A DNA stretch of 64,000 bases, taken from NCBI RefSeq assembly GCF_030149235.1, contig NZ_JASBRW010000083.1, positions 47,964-111,963 on the forward strand. The letters run 5' to 3'. The notes beneath the pieces were generated by a model. It made no database searches. It was given only the letters and a program-made list of their open reading frames with translations, and was not told the origin of the DNA. Position 1 is the first letter of the stretch. Each line of letters starts with the position of its first letter. Source of the stretch: Maricaulis sp. Its GTDB lineage: Bacteria > Pseudomonadota > Alphaproteobacteria > Caulobacterales > Maricaulaceae. This document shows, piece after piece, positions 45,868-53,430 of the stretch. A program made the translations under genes and the position numbers.

Positions 45868-48195
45868 CTAGCGCTCGAACACCGTCGATGACACCGCCGC
45901 GGCCCGAGCCTCATCCAGATCGAAGTACAGCGCTTCCCAGCCCTTGTTGGAGTAGAGCTCGGTCTGGTCGCCATAATGAGCCGAGGTCGGATCGGTTGAC
46001 TGGGAATAGGTCAGCACGCCTTCACTGCGCACACCCTCGTCAGAGAACTCGACCGTCATGATCCAGCTGGACCCATGGCGCACGCTGGTCCATCCGGTAC
46101 CGGGCACGGGGCTGCCGGGGATGATCATGTTGAACACGCCGGTTCCGGCCGGGCCGCCATGGATCGGGATGCGGGTATCGCCGCGCATCTCGCCCATCAC
46201 CTCTCCCAGGGGCGCGTCCGCGGCCAGTTGCAGCTGGGACAGCTGATTGGCGGCCGCGCGCAAGGCCTCAAGAACGGCCGGGTCATCACTAGCCAGCCCG
46301 ACCGGGGTGGTCGCCCCGTTCTCCGCATCAAAGGCCCCTTCAAAGACGGCGCCGCCCGACAGCAGATAGAGCGCCATGACATGGGCCCCGCGGCTGTCCA
46401 GATTGACTTTCAGATCCCAACCGGCGAGCGCATCGCACAAGGGCTGCAGATCCGCCTCGCCGCTTTCCAGACACACCTCGACGACGCTGTCGCGGAGCAG
46501 TTCGCCGCCATGGTGGCGGTTGGAATACATCACGGCCTGTACGGTCTCGAGATCAAAGCCCGCCTCACCGAAACCATCACTGCCCGCCAGGCGCTGGGCC
46601 ATCTGATCCAGGGCCAGGCGGGTTCGCATGGAGCGCGGCGTGGCCTCGTCGCCCCAGATCGGGCTGTAGCCGGTCAGCGGCTGAGCCGGATTGGTCAGCC
46701 AGGGCGAGTCGTTCGACTGGGCGACAAAATCGGAGCGGAACAGATGCGGCGCATCGGCCGGTCCGAACACGCCCGGCGCGGTCGCGCCCTCCCCGTCAGC
46801 CCAGCGGCAGGTCGGGTCGGCGGCATTGAGGACCGGAATGCGCGCCTGCATCCAATAACCCTGGGCGAGCTCGGACGCGGCACACCGCATGACCATGGCC
46901 GTGTCGACATTCGGCACGAGCCCCATATCGCCGTAGAAGGCACCGCCGTCCTGATCAACGGCCATCGTGTTGAAAGCCGTCGCCTGATAGCGCGACAGTG
47001 CACCATGCAGTGTCTCGACATCATCGGCGGCATACATGGCCAGGTATTGATCGATAATGCGCAATCCGCCACTCGGGGCGGCAAAGGCGAAAGCCCGCTC
47101 CTGTGACCAGGGCATGCGCTGGGACACGGCGACGGGACCGAACTCGGTTTCCCAGATCGTGCGCGTGACCGAGGTCGTTGCACCCTCCTCGCCGAGGACC
47201 TCGACGGTAATGTCATTGGCCATCATGGCGTGGCTATGGCCATCGACAAGATAACGGGTCGGATCTTCCGGATCGAGCGTCAGCTCGTAATAGCCAAAGC
47301 GGCGCGCCGTCGAGACGGTATGGGTCCAGGCGATATTCTCTGTGTGACCAATGCCGACAAAAGGCGTGGTGATGAGCCCGGCGCCGACAACATTGAACTC
47401 GCCGGGAATGGTAAGCCCGACGCGATAGAAGCGCAGCGCCCCGTCCCAGGGATAGTGCGGATTGCCGAGCAGAACCGCGTCGACGCCCTCGCGGGTACCG
47501 TCTGATCCCACAGCATAGGCATTGGACCCCATGCCGCGGCGTTGCACCAGGAGGTCCTCGATGCGTGCTTCGCTATGGGTCGCCTCCTCACCGGCCGGAG
47601 GCTGGGCCGAGGTGACGGCCTCGATGGGTTGGCCAAAGGGCAGCGTCAGGGCGCCATACCAGATGTCATGCGCTGTGACGTCGCGAACCCAGGCCTCGCC
47701 GGCGCAGTTGGGGTCGGTGACCTCACCGGTGGCCAGAACATGGTTCACACCGTCAGCAAAGCCCTCGATGAAAGCGCGTGCATCCGCGCTCGGCGTGTCG
47801 ACGGCACCGGGCTCGCCGGCCAGCAAGGCCTCGACGGCGCCGGAGTTACGGATGCGGCGATGATAAAGATCGCTGGCAATATTGGCGTTGTTGTCGCCTG
47901 CACCCAGAAAGGCCGCACGCTCGCCGCGCACCGTCATGGCGCGTTCCATCACCAGGCAGAGATTATCCTGTGCGGCGACAATCCCGGCTCCGTAACCGAG
48001 ACCGTCATGATCAGACGCCACAATGCGCGGCACACCATAGGGCAGACGCAGGATCTCAACCGAAGCGGCACTCTCATCGCTCATGTTCGGTTGGGTGAAG
48101 CCGGCAACCGCCTGGCTGATCCCGGCACATCCGGCCAGAGCTCCCGACATGACGACACCGGCAAGAGCGGTGGTAAGCAAACTCCGCGACTTCAT
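45868..48195 (-). CDS. penicillin-acylase-family Ntn hydrolase (AHL-acylase/PvdQ-like) lipoprotein
   Basis: 775 aa from MKSRSLLTTALAGVVMSGALAGCAG. The autoprocessing and nucleophile site is RRGMG-SNAYAV, and the size and layout fit the family. Confidence 0.88.
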   Translation of the reverse strand: MKSRSLLTTALAGVVMSGALAGCAGISQAVAGFTQPNMSDESAASVEILRLPYGVPRIVASDHDGLGYGAGIVAAQDNLCLVMERAMTVRGERAAFLGAGDNNANIASDLYHRRIRNSGAVEALLAGEPGAVDTPSADARAFIEGFADGVNHVLATGEVTDPNCAGEAWVRDVTAHDIWYGALTLPFGQPIEAVTSAQPPAGEEATHSEARIEDLLVQRRGMGSNAYAVGSDGTREGVDAVLLGNPHYPWDGALRFYRVGLTIPGEFNVVGAGLITTPFVGIGHTENIAWTHTVSTARRFGYYELTLDPEDPTRYLVDGHSHAMMANDITVEVLGEEGATTSVTRTIWETEFGPVAVSQRMPWSQERAFAFAAPSGGLRIIDQYLAMYAADDVETLHGALSRYQATAFNTMAVDQDGGAFYGDMGLVPNVDTAMVMRCAASELAQGYWMQARIPVLNAADPTCRWADGEGATAPGVFGPADAPHLFRSDFVAQSNDSPWLTNPAQPLTGYSPIWGDEATPRSMRTRLALDQMAQRLAGSDGFGEAGFDLETVQAVMYSNRHHGGELLRDSVVEVCLESGEADLQPLCDALAGWDLKVNLDSRGAHVMALYLLSGGAVFEGAFDAENGATTPVGLASDDPAVLEALRAAANQLSQLQLAADAPLGEVMGEMRGDTRIPIHGGPAGTGVFNMIIPGSPVPGTGWTSVRHGSSWIMTVEFSDEGVRSEGVLTYSQSTDPTSAHYGDQTELYSNKGWEALYFDLDEARAAAVSSTVFER

Positions 48196-48297
48196 GGACG
48201 GATCTCCCCTGTAATCATTGGGGGACCCTAGCTTGGATCGCGCAGCACTGACCAGTGCCGGGATCACGATGCAGCCAATCAGTCTTTCGCCGCAGGC

Positions 48298-49455
48298 TCA
48301 GCGCGCCGCTTGCCGTTCAAGGGCCGCGGTCAGATCGGGCACCTCAACCTGGTTTGCGCAGCCGGCTCCTGCATCGATGACACAGGCGAAATACTCCACC
48401 AGCGCGGCTTCCATGGTCGCCGGCGTCCAGTGTTCGATCCCGGGCAGGATCATCGAGTTGAAATCGCTCATGCCGAAGTCGCGATAGATATCAGCCACGA
48501 GCGGGACCCGCTGCACGGTCGAGGCTCCAAGCGTCTCATTGACCCAATGCGCCTGCTCGCATGAATAGGAATCCGAGCCGAAATCCTCGCAGCTGAACGG
48601 CGGTTCGGTGACGGAATCATTTTCGTCGACACCGCCCTGGAACAGCAAAACCGGGGTCGCGCGCAAGGCGTCGGCATTCAGGCTTCCACCGGCAATCCGG
48701 TCGAGGTTACCGACCCCGACCGGATAGGTCAGAGTTTCACCCGCATAACGTTCCAGCGGCAGGATCGGCAGGCCGCCGACACCGCCTGCCGCCACTCCGC
48801 GAACGCGCTCAGGGTGCAGGACGGTCATGCGGGTGACGAAATCCGCCGCGGCTGAAAAGCCCCAGAACAGAGCATCTTCGCTGGTGGCATAACCGCTGGC
48901 CGCCAGCTTGGGGCGGGCATCATCGAGCATGGCGATCAATTGCAGATCGGGCCGCGCATGACGCGGGTCGTCTGCGGTCATCGCCGCCTCGGTGAGCGCG
49001 TGGATGTAGAGATTGCCATCACCGTTCTCGAGCAGCGGACGCGGAAAGGCCGGGGTCAGCATTGGCGTGTTCAGATGGCGCCCGAAATCGACGTAGAGCT
49101 GCTCATTGCGAATGAGCGCCCAGTATTCATGGGTCTCCTGCGGGGCGCCCCAGAGTGCGTCATTATTGGGTTGGATGAGAAGCGGATGCCCAGCCGGGAC
49201 CTGTTCCGGCATGTGCAGGAAATAAGGCCAGTAGAACCCGGCGTCCGGGTTGGCTTCGATCCGGTAGATACGACGCGTTTCCAGCGCGCCCTCATAGGTG
49301 TGGGTGTCGGCCGCCGGGCCAACCGGCTGGCCGATATGATCGGGGACCCGGCTCGCGGGGTCGAATGCCGCCACGCGGGCACGCGGATCAATCTCCTGGG
49401 CCCAGCCCGGACCCGAAGCCAACAAGACCAGACCGGCCACCAACGCATGCTTCAT
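48298..49455 (-). CDS. secreted hypothetical protein, alpha/beta-hydrolase-like
   Basis: 385 aa from MKHALVAGLVLLASGPGWAQE. Possible nucleophile elbow WGFSAAADF, acid LLFQGGVDEND and His PGIEHW occur in the canonical order. I recognise no family. Confidence 0.6.
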   Translation of the reverse strand: MKHALVAGLVLLASGPGWAQEIDPRARVAAFDPASRVPDHIGQPVGPAADTHTYEGALETRRIYRIEANPDAGFYWPYFLHMPEQVPAGHPLLIQPNNDALWGAPQETHEYWALIRNEQLYVDFGRHLNTPMLTPAFPRPLLENGDGNLYIHALTEAAMTADDPRHARPDLQLIAMLDDARPKLAASGYATSEDALFWGFSAAADFVTRMTVLHPERVRGVAAGGVGGLPILPLERYAGETLTYPVGVGNLDRIAGGSLNADALRATPVLLFQGGVDENDSVTEPPFSCEDFGSDSYSCEQAHWVNETLGASTVQRVPLVADIYRDFGMSDFNSMILPGIEHWTPATMEAALVEYFACVIDAGAGCANQVEVPDLTAALERQAAR

Positions 49456-49673
49456 TTCAACTGCCCCCTGACGGCATCTATCGGGCAAGCCATCGCCCGG
49501 CTCATAATCGTGAAGGCGTGAGTATACAGCTCGGCCGACGACAACAATCGGGACGCTTGGCGCCGCAGTCCCGCGTCGGACCGCGACCCATTCGGCATGG
49601 ACCCTGATCCCCCTCGCGCTATGTTCGCCGGGAGTTGCCGGCCAGCGCAACGCGTAATGCAAAGGGGAGAAGC

Positions 49674-51458
49674 ATGAAAAATTCCGTCACCGCACTGGGC
49701 GCCGCCGCCCTCATGGCGGCTCTGGATTCCGGCGTCGCCGCCAACGCACAGTCCTATCCGGGCGACCGCGTCAGCGGCGAGCATTTTGCCACGCGTTCGG
49801 TCACCACGGCGACCCAGGGCATGGCTGCTACCGCGCATCCCCTGGCCAGCCAGGTCGCGATCAATGTGCTGCAGTCGGGCGGCAATGCCGTCGATGCGGC
49901 GATTGCTGCCAACGCCGCCATTGGCCTCATGGAGCCGACCGGGAATGGCATTGGCGGTGATATCTTCGTGATCATCTGGGATCCGGAAACCCGCCAGGTC
50001 TACGGCATCAATGGTGCTGGCCGCTCGCCCATGGGACTGAGCTATGACGACGTCGTCGAGACACTGGGTGAAGGCAATGCCATCCCGCCTCTCGGCGCCA
50101 TGCCGGTCTCTGTGCCCGGAACGGTCGATGGCTGGTTCGCCATGCATGAGCGTTTCGGCTCCATGCCGATGGATGAGATCCTCGCGCCGGCGATCCGCTA
50201 TGCCGAGAACGGTTTCCCGCTCACCGAGACGATCGCCTACTACTGGGAGCGCAATATGCGCATCCTTGATGGCCGCTTTGCCAATGGCGAGTTCGAGGAA
50301 TTCGCCAATGCCCAGGCGACCTATCTGACCGAAGACGGCGATGCGCCACGCGAGGGCGAAATTTTCCGCAATCCCGACCTCGCCAATACCTATCGCCTGA
50401 TCGCCGAGGGCGGCCGGGACGCTTTCTATGACGGTCCGATCGCCCAGACCATCCATGACTATATGGAGCGGATCGGCGGCTGGATTGCCTATGAGGATCT
50501 CGCCGCCCATCGTACCGAATGGGTCGAACCGCTGAGCGTCAATTATCGCGGCTATGACGTCTGGGAATTGCCGCCGCAGGGCCAGGGCATCGCCGCCCTG
50601 CAAATGCTGCAGACGCTGGAAGCCTATGACCTCTCCTCCATGGGGTTCATGAGCGCGGAGGCCATCCACCTGATGGTCGAAGCCAAGCGTCTCGCCTTCG
50701 AGGACCGGGCCCGCTTCTATTCCGACCCGGCCTTCTATGACGAAGCCGATCCGCACGCGCTTTATGCGGAGCTGATCAGCGACGACTATGCCGACACCCG
50801 GCGCGCCCTGATTTCGACCGAAGCGGCGATGCAAAGCGTCACCCATGGTGATCCGCGTATCATCGAGGATGGCGACACCACCTATCTCACCGTGGCCGAT
50901 GGCAATGGCATGATGGTCTCGCTGATCCAATCCAACTTCCGCGGCATGGGTTCGGGCCTGGTGCCGGACGGCCTCGGCTTCATGCTGCAGAACCGCGGCG
51001 AGCTGTTCAGCCTCGATCCGAACCACCCCAATGTCTACGAGCCGGGCAAGCGCCCCTTCCACACCATCATCCCGGCCATGATCACGCGCGGCGGCGAGGC
51101 CTTCATGAGCTTCGGCCTGATGGGCGGCGCCATGCAGCCCCAGGGTCATGTCCAGATCATCACCTCGGTGATCGATTTTGGGCTCAACATCCAGCAAGCC
51201 GGGGATGCGGCGCGCTGGCGTCATGACGGCTCCACCTCGGAAACCGGACAAGCGGACGAAACCGCCGGCGTCGGCGTCCTGTCAGTGGAAAGCGGCATGC
51301 CGCAAGACGTCCGCGATGCCCTCACCGCACTCGGCCACGAGGTCGTCGATGGCGATGGCGGTTTCGGCGGCTACCAGGCCATCCTGCGCGACCCGGAAAC
51401 CGGTGTGCTCTACGGCGCCAGTGAAATGCGCAAGGACGGCGCGGCGCAGGGCTACTGA
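49674..51458 (+). CDS. ggt: gamma-glutamyltransferase
   Basis: 594 aa from MKNSVTALGAAALMAALDSG, with the autoprocessing site DGDTTYLTVAD plus HPLASQVAINVLQSGGNAVDAAIA and FGLMGGAMQPQGH. Confidence 0.93.
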   Translation: MKNSVTALGAAALMAALDSGVAANAQSYPGDRVSGEHFATRSVTTATQGMAATAHPLASQVAINVLQSGGNAVDAAIAANAAIGLMEPTGNGIGGDIFVIIWDPETRQVYGINGAGRSPMGLSYDDVVETLGEGNAIPPLGAMPVSVPGTVDGWFAMHERFGSMPMDEILAPAIRYAENGFPLTETIAYYWERNMRILDGRFANGEFEEFANAQATYLTEDGDAPREGEIFRNPDLANTYRLIAEGGRDAFYDGPIAQTIHDYMERIGGWIAYEDLAAHRTEWVEPLSVNYRGYDVWELPPQGQGIAALQMLQTLEAYDLSSMGFMSAEAIHLMVEAKRLAFEDRARFYSDPAFYDEADPHALYAELISDDYADTRRALISTEAAMQSVTHGDPRIIEDGDTTYLTVADGNGMMVSLIQSNFRGMGSGLVPDGLGFMLQNRGELFSLDPNHPNVYEPGKRPFHTIIPAMITRGGEAFMSFGLMGGAMQPQGHVQIITSVIDFGLNIQQAGDAARWRHDGSTSETGQADETAGVGVLSVESGMPQDVRDALTALGHEVVDGDGGFGGYQAILRDPETGVLYGASEMRKDGAAQGY

Positions 51459-51486
51459 TCCCGGCCATCAACACCTGACATCAAAC

Positions 51487-51521
51487 GCCCGGTCCCGTTT
51501 GCGCGGGGCCGGGCTTTTTTA
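51487..51521. terminator. intrinsic terminator between convergent ggt and acnX
   Basis: GCCCGGTCCCG-N6-CGGGGCCGGGC followed by T6. It overlaps the acnX stop codon. Confidence 0.75.
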
Positions 51522-53234
51522 GGCCAACCAGTGCGGCGCCTGGACCGCTGCCGTCCCGCTTTTCGCCGCCACAGCGCACTCGGCAAGGCTCCCCAGACGC
51601 AGGGTGCATCCCGTCAGGCTCGGGCCGTAATGGGCGTATTTGCCGGAATTGGTCAGGATGTTGCGCGCATTGGCCGGAAACAGCGGCTTGGAAATCGAGC
51701 ACCAGCATACATCCGACACAAGGGTGACCCCGAGGCGTTCGAGCCGCTCGAGCGTGCCATCCTCGGCGATCTCGCGCTTTTCCGACCGCCCGATAGTGAC
51801 GATCACACTGACGCCGCTGGCGACCGGCTCCTCGCCCATCAATTCAGCGAAGGCCCGGCATTCCGGGGCCGACATGTGCGGGCTGCCCAGGGCCACAAGA
51901 TCAATCGCGTCCGGCCCCTGATTGAGCGCGCGCCAGGCCCGTTCGAGCTCGGTCTTGCCAATCGACACGCGCTCCAGCGTACCGTCTACACCATCCCGCG
52001 CTTCCGGGGTGACGCCCTCAATATGCAGCATGGGCGCGCCCGAGGTGGTTCCAAACGCCGCACACAGCGCCTTGAGCTCATCCGGCCCGGGCTGGAGTGC
52101 AGCGAGACCGGTGAGAAGCGGGATGCGGTCCGGGGCGAGCCGGCCAGCCAGCCAGCCCAGAAGCGGCCACACCGTGTCGTCAGCTGCGTCCGGAACCTCA
52201 ATATCGATCGCCAGCGCCGGGGCGCGATTGGCGTCAAGATAAACACCGGACATCGGCGCCCGCCCGGTCATGGCGATCATCAGGTCGAGGAAATCGGGAT
52301 GCTTGTTGGTACGCGCCCCTAGGGCACTATTGGCATAGATCACGGCATTGGATTCGGACCAGCCAATGCGCTCGCCGGCCGTTGGCTTGTTTTCGAGCAG
52401 ATAGGGCGCACACGTGAAGCTCGGCTGCGCGCCCATGGCCAGATAGGCCTCGGCGAGCCGGCTGGCTGGCCCGCCGAAATCAGCGGGGACGCCCTGCGCG
52501 CGCCAATTGGGAAGGTCGACCGAGATCGCATTCATCGTCGTCGGGACCCGCACCGAAGCGCCCTTCTCTTGCATGGCTTCGGCGAAGACAAGATTGGCCG
52601 GACTGGCATAGATACAGCCATCGATATGCACGCGGGACACGTCGATCAGCCGGTTTGCGCCTTGGAGAAGGGCGACCGTGCAGATCGTTTCCATGGCCAG
52701 CTGGACAGCCGCCCCCTCACCGCCCGCCAGCATGGCCTCGTCCTGCGCGGACAGGCTCAGCCCGGACCGGTCGAGCGGGCTCAAAGCCAGTGAGAGATCG
52801 CCGGCGCGGAGCTGGCCCTGCCGCAACTCGGCCTGGGCGCTGCGGGACAGAGCCTCATAGCTTGCCGCCCCGAGCCGGATGACCGCAATGCTCGCTCCGA
52901 ACATGACATTGGCCAGAATGGCGCCGAGGGTGAGCACATCCTCTGCCTCGCGGAAGACCAGAGCCGCCGGGGCATGACCGGCCAGGGCGAGGCCGAGCAG
53001 GACGGAACTGCCGGTGCAGGAGCCCCGTGAGGTCGGCATCATCAAGACCTTGCCGGCGACCGACTGACCGTATTGGGGATGATGCGCATCGACGATCACG
53101 CCGGTCTGCGGATCAACCCCGCCCCAGAAACTCAGCCCTTCTTCGCAATACAGTACAGGCGCGACCAGTTCTCCGGGCTGGATCAGAGTATCCGCGGGAT
53201 GAGGCGGCCCGGGATTGGTGGCATCATGGCTCAA
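51519..53234 (-). CDS. fused aconitase X (DUF126 swivel-like N-domain + DUF521 catalytic domain)
   Basis: 571 aa. The N-terminus GLSFWGGVDPQTGVIVDAHHPQYGQSVAGKVLMMPTSRGSCTGSSVL is DUF126-like. The remainder, with VSRVHIDGCIY, FTCAPYLL, IGWSESNAVIYANSALGARTN and ALGSPHMS, is DUF521-like. Confidence 0.85.
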   Translation of the reverse strand: MSHDATNPGPPHPADTLIQPGELVAPVLYCEEGLSFWGGVDPQTGVIVDAHHPQYGQSVAGKVLMMPTSRGSCTGSSVLLGLALAGHAPAALVFREAEDVLTLGAILANVMFGASIAVIRLGAASYEALSRSAQAELRQGQLRAGDLSLALSPLDRSGLSLSAQDEAMLAGGEGAAVQLAMETICTVALLQGANRLIDVSRVHIDGCIYASPANLVFAEAMQEKGASVRVPTTMNAISVDLPNWRAQGVPADFGGPASRLAEAYLAMGAQPSFTCAPYLLENKPTAGERIGWSESNAVIYANSALGARTNKHPDFLDLMIAMTGRAPMSGVYLDANRAPALAIDIEVPDAADDTVWPLLGWLAGRLAPDRIPLLTGLAALQPGPDELKALCAAFGTTSGAPMLHIEGVTPEARDGVDGTLERVSIGKTELERAWRALNQGPDAIDLVALGSPHMSAPECRAFAELMGEEPVASGVSVIVTIGRSEKREIAEDGTLERLERLGVTLVSDVCWCSISKPLFPANARNILTNSGKYAHYGPSLTGCTLRLGSLAECAVAAKSGTAAVQAPHWLA

Positions 53235-53430
53235 GGGGTGACCTGTTTATTCCGTTACACGCGTCTTCCCCCATAACCGGAGAATTCGAGCCCGCTGTAA
53301 ACACCAATCTTGACCGCAAAGCCCGGCGCCCGGTGCCGGAGTGTCTTGCCTCTCCCGCTTGTTGCATCGCGCATATAAGGCTATGCCCGGGAATAGCGCG
53401 TCAGTGCGGACAGGACGCAAGGGGAACATT

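Noticed and set aside
49452-51251. 599-aa minus-strand ORF opposite ggt
   Set aside because: It is an antisense shadow of a well-supported gamma-glutamyltransferase gene. It has no motifs and a biased Gly/Arg/Asp/His composition.
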